From: an uncultured Acetatifactor sp.
GTDB taxonomy: Bacteria > Bacillota > Clostridia > Lachnospirales > Lachnospiraceae
Direction: 5' to 3'
Assembly (NCBI GenBank): GCA_948496895.1
Contig: CAOOJO010000001.1
Location: forward strand, 1 to 41,263
Length of the DNA: 41,263 bases
In this document: positions 18,118 to 26,871 of the stretch, one piece after another
How the letters are laid out: every line of letters starts with the position of its first letter
Position numbering within the stretch: the stretch's first letter is position 1
Notes under the pieces: generated by a model
Database searches by the model: none
Seen by the model: only the letters and a program-made list of their open reading frames with translations
What the model was told of the DNA's origin: nothing
Position numbers and translations under genes: made by a program

Positions 18118-18160
18118 GATATCAAACTCCCATTCGGCTTATTTTGGGCTTCGTGTCAAC

Positions 18161-18189
18161 ATTCTACCACACTTATCCCCCAAAGTCCA
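18161..18189 (-). promoter_or_regulatory. Putative sigma-A promoter for the glycan locus
   Basis: -35 TGGACT (18189-18184), 17-nt spacer, extended -10 TGgTAGAAT (hexamer 18166-18161). Confidence 0.6.
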
Positions 18190-18190
18190 C

Positions 18191-18218
18191 AAAAGCAGCC
18201 GGATTTTCATCCGGCTGC
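18191..18218 (-). terminator. Rho-independent terminator after the Spo0A-CTD gene
   Basis: Minus strand GCAGCCGGAT-GAAA-ATCCGGCTGC-TTTT: perfect 10-bp stem with a GNRA loop. Confidence 0.85.
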
Positions 18219-18273
18219 CTTTCATTCCCGCAGTAAGAAGCATATCTATCTTTTGTTGTTCTTCTGTCCCAAA

Positions 18274-18651
18274 CTACATAGCTTTTATGTCAAGTCGAAC
18301 CTTATCTGCAATGCGGGCTATGTATTCACTGTTCGTAGGTCTGGTTCTGCCCGATGATGCGGAATATCCAAACATTTTTTCAAAAGTTTCTGCATTTCCT
18401 CTGTTCCATGATACCTCAATAGCATTGCGAATGGCACGTTCTACTTTCTGGTCTGTGGTCTTGAATCTTCTGGCAATTGCCGGATATAACAGCTTCGTCA
18501 CACTGGTCACTACCTCCATGTCCCTTCCGGACAGCAGAATCGCGCTTCTGAGATAATGATATCCCTTCAGATGAGCAGGAACCCCTATGTCCAACATAAT
18601 CTCTGTTATATATTTTTCAAGTTCGCAATCCTTAACTGCAGTAATCTCCAT
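18274..18651 (-). CDS. Stand-alone Spo0A C-terminal DNA-binding domain protein (no receiver domain)
   Basis: IGVPAHLKGYHYLR, VTKLLYPAIA, VERAIRNAIEVSW, PTNSEYIA; only about 10 residues precede the domain; AAAGGGG RBS. Confidence 0.92.
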   Translation of the reverse strand: MEITAVKDCELEKYITEIMLDIGVPAHLKGYHYLRSAILLSGRDMEVVTSVTKLLYPAIARRFKTTDQKVERAIRNAIEVSWNRGNAETFEKMFGYSASSGRTRPTNSEYIARIADKVRLDIKAM

Positions 18652-18706
18652 ATGAATTCCCCTTTCTTATGTTGACTGCTGCTTCCTTACCACAAGAATA
18701 TGTTAA

Positions 18707-18735
18707 ATTTTACCACATAATTCCCAATCAGAAAA
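18707..18735 (-). promoter_or_regulatory. Putative extended -10 promoter for the Spo0A-CTD gene
   Basis: TGgTAAAAT (hexamer 18712-18707) with a weak -35 TTTTCT at 17-nt spacing. Confidence 0.45.
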
Positions 18736-18779
18736 GAGTCTTCGCCGCTAAGAATTCGTTAAGATTATTTATTAAATGG

Positions 18780-19709
18780 TCAGAAGCTCTCCCTTACCAG
18801 ATAGATGGGCCGCCGCTTCACCTCCATATAGGTTTTCGCCAGGTATTGTCCCAGTATCCCCATGCAGAAGAACTGCACGCCGCTGACCATGAGGATGATG
18901 CACACCAGGGACGGCCAGCCGGACACAGGGTCGCCGAATATCAGCTTGCGCACAATGATAAAGACAATCATCAGAAATGCGACCACGCAGAAGAATATCC
19001 CCATCACGGACGCCAGCATCAGGGGCGCCGTGGAGAAAGCGCAGATGCCGTCCAGGGAATACAGGAACAGCTTCCAGAAGCTCCATTTGGTCTCCCCCTT
19101 CAGCCTCTCCACATTTTCATACTCTATCCATTTGGTCCGAAAGCCCACCCAGCCGAAGATTCCCTTCGTAAACCGATTGTACTCCCGCATGGACAGGATG
19201 GCGTCCACCATCTGCCTGGTCATCAGCCGGTAGTCCCTGGCGCCGTCCATGATTTCCGTCTTCGATATCCTCTTCATCAGCCGATAGAACATCCTGGCAA
19301 AAAAGCTCCTGACTGGCGGCTCCCCCTTTCTGGAGACCCTCCTGGTGGCCACGGAATCATAGCCCTGCTCAAGACTGGAGAACATCTCCGGCAGCAGGGA
19401 CGGGGGGTCTTGAAGGTCCGCGTCCATCATCACCACATAATCCCCTCTGGAATTCTCCAGTCCCGCGTAGATTGCCGCCTCCTTCCCGAAATTCCTGGAA
19501 AAGGACACCAGGTGGACCCTTTCGTCCCGCTCCCGCAGCTTCCTGATCTCCGCCACGGTCTTGTCCGTGGAGCCGTCGTCCACGTAGAGCAGCTCCAGCT
19601 CCAGTCCTCTCTCCGCAAGCGCGGGTTCGTTCTTCATAAGCTCTTCGTAGAAAAAGGGGACATTCTCCTCCTCATTATAGCAGGGCACGATTACAGTCAG
19701 CAGGCTCAT
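18780..19709 (-). CDS. GtrB/CsbB/YkoT-like undecaprenyl-phosphate glycosyltransferase (GT2 with two C-terminal TMs)
   Basis: VPCYNEE, DDGSTD, SRNFGKEAA, MDADLQDPP, DYRLM, GILGQYLAKTY-EVKRRP. Confidence 0.95.
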   Translation of the reverse strand: MSLLTVIVPCYNEEENVPFFYEELMKNEPALAERGLELELLYVDDGSTDKTVAEIRKLRERDERVHLVSFSRNFGKEAAIYAGLENSRGDYVVMMDADLQDPPSLLPEMFSSLEQGYDSVATRRVSRKGEPPVRSFFARMFYRLMKRISKTEIMDGARDYRLMTRQMVDAILSMREYNRFTKGIFGWVGFRTKWIEYENVERLKGETKWSFWKLFLYSLDGICAFSTAPLMLASVMGIFFCVVAFLMIVFIIVRKLIFGDPVSGWPSLVCIILMVSGVQFFCMGILGQYLAKTYMEVKRRPIYLVRESF

Positions 19710-19748
19710 GGTTCATCCGAATCCTTCCGTCTCAGAATTTTTGTCTCC

Positions 19749-19777
19749 AGTATACCTTTTTTCCCTGCAATCCGCAA
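19749..19777 (-). promoter_or_regulatory. Putative sigma-A promoter for the gtrB-like gene
   Basis: TTGCGG (19777-19772), 17 nt, TATACT (19754-19749). Confidence 0.65.
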
Positions 19778-19836
19778 GCTAAAATCCGCGTCATGGCCGG
19801 GTTATTTCTTAATTTTTTAATTTTTCCGCCAATCGG

Positions 19837-19865
19837 GTGACTCCTGTCAGCTTTTGTGATATAAT
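19837..19865 (+). promoter_or_regulatory. Putative sigma-A promoter for the DUF3048 lipoprotein
   Basis: GTGACT (19837-19842), 17 nt, TGaTATAAT (hexamer 19860-19865); AT-rich tract upstream. Confidence 0.75.
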
Positions 19866-19896
19866 GAGGGTTCAGATACCATAGGAGATTTACATT

Positions 19897-21054
19897 ATGA
19901 AAAAAGTAAAATTCGGCATTCTTTTTCTGGCCCTGCTCATGGCGTTTACCGCCTGCGGACAGGAAGACAAGCCTACAGACCCGGTCATCCCGGAATCCAG
20001 CCAGCCTTCCGTCAGCGATCCCGTCCAGGTTTCGCAACCGCCAGACAGCCCCCAGAACGTTTCACCTGAAATCATCGTGGAGGACGACAGTCTCCCTCCC
20101 CGGGAAGGCATGGTGCGGAGCCGTCTCACCAACGAATGGGTGGATCCCGGCGTGGCGGACACCCGTCCCATAGCAGTGATGATTCCCAATGAAGTCAATG
20201 CCATCCCTCATTACAACCTGTCCAAAGCCTCCGTCATCTATGAGGCCAACGTGGAGAGCCGGATGTCCCGGATGATGGCCATCTACGAGGACTGGCGGGG
20301 GCTGGATAAGATCGGCAATGTCAGGAGCCTGCGCACCTATTACGCCTTCTGGGCTTTCGAGTGGGATGCCTTCATCGTGCACTTCGGCGGCCCGTACTTC
20401 ATCAATGACCTGATTGCGAAGGAGGATACCCAGAATATCGACGGCAATCTGGATTCCGACGCGGAGGCCTTCTTCCGCACCTCGGATCGGCCGGCCCCTC
20501 ACAACGGATATGCCTCCGGCTCCGGCCTGGCCGATGTGATCGCCCGGAAAGGATATCCCCTTGCGTACAGGAACCTGACCGATGCCAGCCACTTCAGGTT
20601 CACGGACAAGCTGAACCCCAACGCGCTGACCCAGTATGGCGAGGAGGCCAAAAACGCCACCTACATCGACATGTCGGGCTGTTATCCCCTGACCAGATGC
20701 TACTTCGAGTTCAACGAGGCGGATGGGCTCTATTACCGCTCCCAGCATCTCTCCGGCAGCAGCGACGGCCCCCATGTGGACGCCAATGGCGTCCAGCTGA
20801 CCTTCAAGAACATCCTGGTGCAGTATATCAAATATGAGGAGCTGGGGGAGGGGTATCTGGCGTTCCAGTGCCACGACACCACCCGGGACGGCTGGTATTT
20901 CACCAACGGGAAGGGCATCCATGTCAACTGGGAGAAGACCAGCGACTACGGCGCTACGAGATACTATGACGACTACGGCAATGAGGTCGTCATGAATACC
21001 GGAAAGACCATGATCTGCATCGTGGAGGAGGACGATAACTTCACCTTCAGATGA
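19897..21054 (+). CDS. DUF3048 / YerB-like lipoprotein
   Basis: Lipobox FTA-C; SRLTN, RPIAVMIPN, IYEANVE, GNVRSLR, VHFGG, RPAPHN, GKTMI; AGGAG RBS. Confidence 0.85.
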   Translation: MKKVKFGILFLALLMAFTACGQEDKPTDPVIPESSQPSVSDPVQVSQPPDSPQNVSPEIIVEDDSLPPREGMVRSRLTNEWVDPGVADTRPIAVMIPNEVNAIPHYNLSKASVIYEANVESRMSRMMAIYEDWRGLDKIGNVRSLRTYYAFWAFEWDAFIVHFGGPYFINDLIAKEDTQNIDGNLDSDAEAFFRTSDRPAPHNGYASGSGLADVIARKGYPLAYRNLTDASHFRFTDKLNPNALTQYGEEAKNATYIDMSGCYPLTRCYFEFNEADGLYYRSQHLSGSSDGPHVDANGVQLTFKNILVQYIKYEELGEGYLAFQCHDTTRDGWYFTNGKGIHVNWEKTSDYGATRYYDDYGNEVVMNTGKTMICIVEEDDNFTFR

Positions 21055-21055
21055 G

Positions 21056-21086
21056 AAAAGAGGTGTCGCCACGCGGCACCTCTTTT
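21056..21086. terminator. Bidirectional Rho-independent terminator between convergent genes
   Basis: AAAAGAGGTGTCGC-CAC-GCGGCACCTCTTTT, with A/T tracts on both sides. Confidence 0.9.
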
Positions 21087-21088
21087 AA

Positions 21089-21352
21089 TTATTCCCCCAG
21101 TCCGTTTTCCACAGCGCGCACCAGCGACTTCAGCGCCTCCTGCTCGTCCTCCCCCTCACAGAAGAACTCAATCTCGTCCCCGCTCTTTACGCAGGCTCCC
21201 AGCACGCTCAGCACGCTCTTGGCATTGGCGGTGCTGTCCCGGAACTGGAACGTGATCAAAGACTTGAACTGCATCGCTTCCTTGCACAAAATCCCTGCCG
21301 GCCTCAAATGCAAGCCTGTAGGATTTTTAATCACTACTTTCTGACTTACCAT
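21089..21352 (-). CDS. ptsH: HPr-family phosphocarrier protein
   Basis: GLHLRPA (His15) and NAKSVLSV (Ser46); ATG at 21352 with AGGAGG RBS. Confidence 0.9.
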   Translation of the reverse strand: MVSQKVVIKNPTGLHLRPAGILCKEAMQFKSLITFQFRDSTANAKSVLSVLGACVKSGDEIEFFCEGEDEQEALKSLVRAVENGLGE

Positions 21353-21419
21353 TTTGTCCTTCCTCCTAACTGTTTTCCCCGACATTTTTCTCTGGGATAT
21401 CTCACCTTCCTGCGCCGGG

Positions 21420-22769
21420 CTAGAACATCACATCCTGTATCAGCGTGGCCAGCTTCTCCGCCTCCGCGCGGATGACCTGCTTATCCTTGCCCTCTATCAT
21501 GACGCGCACCAGCGGCTCTGTCCCGGAAGGCCTGATCAGTACCCTGCCCTCTCCGGCAAAGGTCTGCTCCAGCCTGCGAATCGCCTCGGCAATCACCGGG
21601 TATTCCATGTACTTCTCTTTCTTATGATTGGCCACCTTGGCGTTGACCAGGGCCTGGGGCAGCACTTCCATGATACCCGCCAGCTCCGACAGGCTCTTCC
21701 CTGTATCAACCATGACCTGGAGCAGGTGCAGGGCGCTCAGCAGACCGTCCCCGGTGGTGTTCTCATCCAGAAAGATGATGTGGCCCGACTGTTCGCCGCC
21801 CAGGCTGGCTCCAATCTCCTTCATACGCTCCAGCACATACCGGTCGCCCACCTTAGTCTGTTCTATGGTCAGGCCGTTCTTCTCTCCCATCAGGAAGAAG
21901 CCCAGATTGCTCATGATTGTGGCCACGATCGTGTCCTTCTTCAGTTTCCCGTTATCCCGCATGTGGTTGCCCACGATGGCCATGATCTGGTCGCCGTCCA
22001 CGACTTCGCCGTTTTCGTCCACCGCCAGCAGTCTGTCCGCGTCCCCGTCAAAGGCAAGGCCAATCTGTGCCTTCTCGTACACCACCCTGGCCTGCAGCTC
22101 GGCCATATGGGTGGAGCCGCAGTTTGCGTTGATGTTGGTGCCGTCAGGATTGTTGTGGATCGCCACCACGCTGGCACCCAGCTCCTTCAGGGCCTCCACG
22201 GAGGTATAGTAGGAAGCGCCCTCCGCGCAGTCCACCACAATCTTCATCCCGTCCAACGCCACAGGCACGGACTGAATCGCGTGGTTGATGTACTCCTCCC
22301 TGGCATCGGTGCGATATTTCACCTTCCCCACGGCAGGGCCTGTGGGGAAATTCACGCCGGGCATTTTGTCCTTCATCAGCTGTTCAATCTCGTCCTCCAG
22401 CTCATCGGGCAGCTTATAGCCGTTCCCGTCGAAGAACTTGATGCCGTTGAATTCTACCGGATTGTGGGAGGCGGAAATGACGACTCCTGCGTCCACCTTG
22501 TACTTCTGGGTCAGGTACGCCACCGCCGGAGTGGGCATGATGCCCACGTACACGCAGTTGGCCCCCACGGAGCAGGCCCCCGCCATCAGGGCGTTGGCCA
22601 GCATGTCGCCGGAAATGCGGGTATCGCAGCCTACCATAATGGTAGGTTTATGCTCCTTCTCCTTGGTCAGGACATAAGCTCCCGCCTGCCCCAGCTGCAT
22701 GGCCATCAGCGGGGTCAGCTCTTCATTGGCAATCCCCCTGACGCCGTCCGTTCCAAACAGTCTAGCCAT
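21420..22769 (-). CDS. glmM: Phosphoglucosamine mutase
   Basis: LFGTDGVRG, SASHNP, FDGDADR, GGEQSGH, RPSGTEP; follows cdaA-cdaR. Confidence 0.98.
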   Translation of the reverse strand: MARLFGTDGVRGIANEELTPLMAMQLGQAGAYVLTKEKEHKPTIMVGCDTRISGDMLANALMAGACSVGANCVYVGIMPTPAVAYLTQKYKVDAGVVISASHNPVEFNGIKFFDGNGYKLPDELEDEIEQLMKDKMPGVNFPTGPAVGKVKYRTDAREEYINHAIQSVPVALDGMKIVVDCAEGASYYTSVEALKELGASVVAIHNNPDGTNINANCGSTHMAELQARVVYEKAQIGLAFDGDADRLLAVDENGEVVDGDQIMAIVGNHMRDNGKLKKDTIVATIMSNLGFFLMGEKNGLTIEQTKVGDRYVLERMKEIGASLGGEQSGHIIFLDENTTGDGLLSALHLLQVMVDTGKSLSELAGIMEVLPQALVNAKVANHKKEKYMEYPVIAEAIRRLEQTFAGEGRVLIRPSGTEPLVRVMIEGKDKQVIRAEAEKLATLIQDVMF

Positions 22770-22771
22770 TC

Positions 22772-24049
22772 TTATTCATCCTCCAATTTTACGATGTTCA
22801 GCCTCACGGATATCTCGTTCTCCATATTCACATCATCCGTGAGTTCAAAGCCCACTGTAATCTCGTACACTCCTGTATCCAGCTCCCGGATATCCCCCTC
22901 CGTCATCCACGCGCCAATGTCGATCGTACCGTGCACAGCGCCCTGATCCACGGCGGAAACCGCGTCATCCAGCCCGGATATCCTCAGGCGGTATGTCATC
23001 TGCTCCTCCGCAAAGGACCAGTCGTATCCTGTGGGCAAATTGGTGACGGTGAGATTGCTCCGGGGAATCACCAGCGTCCTCTCTACCACCGGCTCGATAT
23101 AGACCGTAGCCGTCACCCTTCCGTTGAAGCCGCTGTCCGCCAGGCTGGCATTATCCAGATACTTCCGGATGTCGATGACCCTCTCCAGGCTGCCCTCCTG
23201 ATCCGTGATGTCCAGCTCCCTCTCGGGGATGGAAATCTTGCTGATCTCCGCCAGCGCGGAGGCCGTACCGGCTATCATCACGCTGGAGGGTTCGCATGTC
23301 ACCACGCCGGTGGCCAGATACCCTTCCGCCGGCACACCGGTAAAGGCGGCCTCCACGGGCACCTCCTTGGTGGCCAGCACCTGTACCTCCACATGCATGC
23401 TGCTGGTGTTCTTCGCGATGTCGGAGTCGTCCACCAGCTCTCCCTCCGCGTCATAGAAGTGGATGTCCGCGTTTCCGGACACATTGCTGGTAGCGCCGGT
23501 GACGTCAATCTCGATGCCCGCGCTCTTGATGCTCTCCACCACCGACTGGGGGCCGGTAATCTCTATCCTGTTCTGCTCCAGCTTCGTATTGCCGATGATA
23601 TAGCCCTCCGCCACATCTCCTCTGGTGTCGCAGACCACACTGACCCAATTGCTGGCCTTCTGCTCTACGTTGAGCTGCACGGCATCCCGGCTGCCGGAGA
23701 TGTCCAGTATCTCCACCTCATCGTTGAGCACCCGGAAGCTGATGGGGACGGTATTCACCTCCGTCAGCCTGCTCACGTCGGCCTCCGCCACGATGTCGGA
23801 GGCGCTCAGCTCCTGTATGACATTCCTGGGCGCCTCCACAGTGACCCGGATTCTGTCCGAGTTCTCCAGCACCTCATAGAATTTATTCCCTTTTTCCAGC
23901 AGCTCCGTATTGATCAGGTTTACCTGTATATTCGAAAAGGACACGGAATCCTTGGGGTTGTCGGCCATGACCACCAGGAACCAGAACACGATGGCCAGTA
24001 CCACAGACAGGAGCTTCAGCCCCAGGTTATTCAGTATCTTTTTTCTCAC
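22772..24049 (-). CDS. cdaR: CdaR/YbbR-domain regulator of diadenylate cyclase
   Basis: NNLGLKLLS-LAI-FW single TM followed by repeated YbbR-like beta domains (ITGP, IAGT). Start uncertain (GTG 24049 or ATG 24094/24106). Confidence 0.85.
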   Translation of the reverse strand: MRKKILNNLGLKLLSVVLAIVFWFLVVMADNPKDSVSFSNIQVNLINTELLEKGNKFYEVLENSDRIRVTVEAPRNVIQELSASDIVAEADVSRLTEVNTVPISFRVLNDEVEILDISGSRDAVQLNVEQKASNWVSVVCDTRGDVAEGYIIGNTKLEQNRIEITGPQSVVESIKSAGIEIDVTGATSNVSGNADIHFYDAEGELVDDSDIAKNTSSMHVEVQVLATKEVPVEAAFTGVPAEGYLATGVVTCEPSSVMIAGTASALAEISKISIPERELDITDQEGSLERVIDIRKYLDNASLADSGFNGRVTATVYIEPVVERTLVIPRSNLTVTNLPTGYDWSFAEEQMTYRLRISGLDDAVSAVDQGAVHGTIDIGAWMTEGDIRELDTGVYEITVGFELTDDVNMENEISVRLNIVKLEDE

Positions 24050-24917
24050 TCTTCGCCCTGTTCTTTCCTCTCCGTTTGTGTGCGCCTTTTGCATCCTCTT
24101 CTCCATTCAAATCCATAATCTGCCGCATTTTTTCACGCAGCTCCTCCGCGGTCAGGTGCCTGCGCAGCTCGCCCTCATAGGCCAGGCTGATGCCCCCCGT
24201 CTCCTCCGATACGATCAGCGTCAGGGAGTCCGTGGTCTCCGACACGCCCACGCCCGCCCGATGCCTGGTGCCCAGCTCCTTGCTCAGGTCCAGATTGTCG
24301 GACAGGGGCAGATAGCAGGTGGCGTAGGTCACCCGGTTCCCCCGCACGATCACCGCTCCGTCATGGAGGGGCGTATTGTGCTCGAAGATATTGATCAGCA
24401 GCTGGCTGGTCACCAGCCCGTCCACCTCTATGCCGGTGCGCTCGTAGTCCTTCAGGGATTCCTTTCTCTCCACCACAATAAGGGCGCCGGTCTTCACCTT
24501 GCCCATTTCCACACAGGCCTTCACGATCTCTCCCACCGTCTTCTCGGAAAAGCTCTCCTCCAGCTTCCGGGAGGAATTGGAGAAGGAGGGCAGGAAGTTC
24601 TTCTCTCCCAGCTGCTCCAGAGCCTGCCGCAGCTCCGGCTGCATGGCCACGATGATCGCTGTCACGGCGAAGCTCAGGACATTGCGTGTCATCCATATGA
24701 TGGTGGTCATCTGCATCAGATCCACCGCCAGCAGGAACAGCACTATCACCACCAGGCCCCGCAGCACCCGCCAGGATCTGGTGGTCTTCATCCATGCCAG
24801 AATCGAATAGAGCAGAAACGCGATGATCATCATCTCCGCCACATCGTACAGGTCTATGGTGTTCGCGTATGTCTTGATATTTTTCAGGTATTCACTCGCT
24901 GTCTCAACCCACTGCAT
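24027..24917 (-). CDS. cdaA: Diadenylate cyclase CdaA (DacA)
   Basis: Three TMs, QPELR, TPLHDGA and GTRHRA catalytic motifs, VSEETG. Confidence 0.97.
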   Translation of the reverse strand: MQWVETASEYLKNIKTYANTIDLYDVAEMMIIAFLLYSILAWMKTTRSWRVLRGLVVIVLFLLAVDLMQMTTIIWMTRNVLSFAVTAIIVAMQPELRQALEQLGEKNFLPSFSNSSRKLEESFSEKTVGEIVKACVEMGKVKTGALIVVERKESLKDYERTGIEVDGLVTSQLLINIFEHNTPLHDGAVIVRGNRVTYATCYLPLSDNLDLSKELGTRHRAGVGVSETTDSLTLIVSEETGGISLAYEGELRRHLTAEELREKMRQIMDLNGEEDAKGAHKRRGKNRAKSEKKDTE

Positions 24918-24943
24918 CTCAACCCAACCTTACTTTTCGCCTC

Positions 24944-26017
24944 TTACGGCCACTCTTCATACTCCTCCGAGTCCTCCTGGGAAATGTCCTGCCTCCCGGC
25001 AGTTCCCACGGTCATGCCCCTCTGTCCTCTGCGCGCGCCGCCCCGGGAAGGGCCGGGCCTGGACTCCGCTCCCTCAGACCTGTTCCTCTGGGAATTGATC
25101 TTCTTCACGGTCCTGGTGGGCACGGAGACGGTCATCTTTGGAATCGCCTTCACGTAATAATAATACTCATCGTCCTCGAACTGCACCCGCTCCGTGCGGC
25201 TGTAGTCAACGCAGAAGCGGAAGAACTCAATCACCTTCGCCACCACAATCGCCAGCAGCGAACCCAGCAGCACGCTCCCCACGGAGAGGTTCACATCGTA
25301 CAGCAGATCCCCTATCAGCAGACAGACTACATTCACCATGGCCCCCGCCACCATGGCGATGGTCCAGGAATAGTCCATGGACATCCTGCGGATCAGATAC
25401 ACCACCAGCACCGTGAGGGCAAAAGCCGCAATCATGACTACCATGGCCTTGTTGTCCAGGATGCTCTCCACCAGCATGCGAACCTTGGCCAGGATGTCGC
25501 CCTCTCCCTCCCCCATGGTGCGGATATTGGGCGCGCTGTCAATCACTGTCTGCAGCAGATAGAACACCGCTATGCCGCAACCCACAGATACCAGAGAAGA
25601 GGGCCCGCACAGCAGTCCCACCGCAATCGGCACCACATAGGGAATCTTCATGGAAAACAGGAGAGGCGTCAGTACCACCACCAGGGAGTCCTTTGGACTG
25701 AACCGGAAGAACAGCAGATACATAATCAGATACATGCACAGGCCCACCAGAGCCACTTCCATGGAGAGCGCGTACATATGCATCAGACTGAACACCGCCG
25801 CCATCAGAACCATCAACCCCACCGGCAGAAACGAGCAGGTCAGAGCGGCAATCAGCATGATTCTCATGTCATTGATCCGCGTCATGTAGCCCATCCTGCC
25901 ATTCAGTGTGCTGAAAGTGATAAGGGCCAGCAAAAACTTAAGGACAGGCACGATAAAGGCCTCATATTTGCTGTAGATCCTCTTTATCCTTTCTTTCATT
26001 TCCAGTAAAACCGTCAT
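24944..26017 (-). CDS. Uncharacterised polytopic membrane protein
   Basis: About 9 hydrophobic segments, cytoplasmic tail with DYSRTERVQFEDDEYYYYVKAIPK; GGAGG RBS. Confidence 0.8.
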   Translation of the reverse strand: MTVLLEMKERIKRIYSKYEAFIVPVLKFLLALITFSTLNGRMGYMTRINDMRIMLIAALTCSFLPVGLMVLMAAVFSLMHMYALSMEVALVGLCMYLIMYLLFFRFSPKDSLVVVLTPLLFSMKIPYVVPIAVGLLCGPSSLVSVGCGIAVFYLLQTVIDSAPNIRTMGEGEGDILAKVRMLVESILDNKAMVVMIAAFALTVLVVYLIRRMSMDYSWTIAMVAGAMVNVVCLLIGDLLYDVNLSVGSVLLGSLLAIVVAKVIEFFRFCVDYSRTERVQFEDDEYYYYVKAIPKMTVSVPTRTVKKINSQRNRSEGAESRPGPSRGGARRGQRGMTVGTAGRQDISQEDSEEYEEWP

Positions 26018-26040
26018 TCCGACCTCCAGCTATGGATTCC

Positions 26041-26433
26041 CTACTGCCCGTCATGGTAGAAGGAATTCAGCTTTTTTAAATTATGATAATAACATTTCAG
26101 GCTCTTCTTCGCCTTCGCGTACCGCCAGGTGGCGATGATGTACGTCAGAACCGCGTAGCCGCCCACCATGGCGACCAGATAGGTCAGGATCTCCCTGCCA
26201 AAGGCCAGCAGATCCATCTTGTACAGATTCTCCAGCAGTTCTTCGAAGTTGCACAGCAGATAGAGCCCGAACAGAATCCCGAAGGATATGATCGCACAGA
26301 TTATGGCCTTCAGAATCTGTAGCGCAATATAATCGGCACGGAAATAATTGCCGATTTTTACGTTTTCCCTGCCCTCTCCCCGCTCATAGGAGGCCATGCG
26401 GGTCATCAGAATAATGCGTTCCTCGCTGAGCAT
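26041..26433 (-). CDS. Uncharacterised small 2-TM membrane protein
   Basis: MLSEERIILMTRMASYE...YFRADYI, two TMs; AGGAGG RBS. Confidence 0.75.
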   Translation of the reverse strand: MLSEERIILMTRMASYERGEGRENVKIGNYFRADYIALQILKAIICAIISFGILFGLYLLCNFEELLENLYKMDLLAFGREILTYLVAMVGGYAVLTYIIATWRYAKAKKSLKCYYHNLKKLNSFYHDGQ

Positions 26434-26443
26434 ATCCGCCCTC

Positions 26444-26851
26444 CTACTTCAGGAATCTCATCCTTGCGCTATCGCTCTGGTTCCGCTCCGGCTTCTTCTC
26501 CGCGGGCTTGTTGCCCTTGAGGACGCTCTGCAGATCCCTGGTCATGCTGGCCTTGCACTTGTCGCAGAACCTGCCGCTGCGAATCGGCTGTCCGCAGGAC
26601 TCGCAGTTGAGATAGAGCGCGGAATCCGTGGCCAGCTCCAGACGCTCCTCCCTAAGCCACTGGCGAATCTGCCCCACATCCACCTCACAGGCATCCGCCA
26701 CCTCCTGAATGCCCACGCCCTTGTTCTCCCGGATATACTCCTTCACTTCCTGGAACTTCTTCTCCAGCTTGTCACGGCAGGCAGGGCAGATCACCTGACC
26801 GGCCACATAATTGAAAATACATCCGCAGCTTTTGCAGTTCCTTACATTCAT
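26444..26851 (-). CDS. Flagellar-operon protein YvyF-like (Zn ribbon plus HTH)
   Basis: NCKSCG, ICPAC, VKEYIREN, WLREERL, CESCG...GRFCDKC; follows comF as in Bacillus. Confidence 0.9.
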   Translation of the reverse strand: MNVRNCKSCGCIFNYVAGQVICPACRDKLEKKFQEVKEYIRENKGVGIQEVADACEVDVGQIRQWLREERLELATDSALYLNCESCGQPIRSGRFCDKCKASMTRDLQSVLKGNKPAEKKPERNQSDSARMRFLK

Positions 26852-26871
26852 AGTATTCTCCCTTTCTCCGG

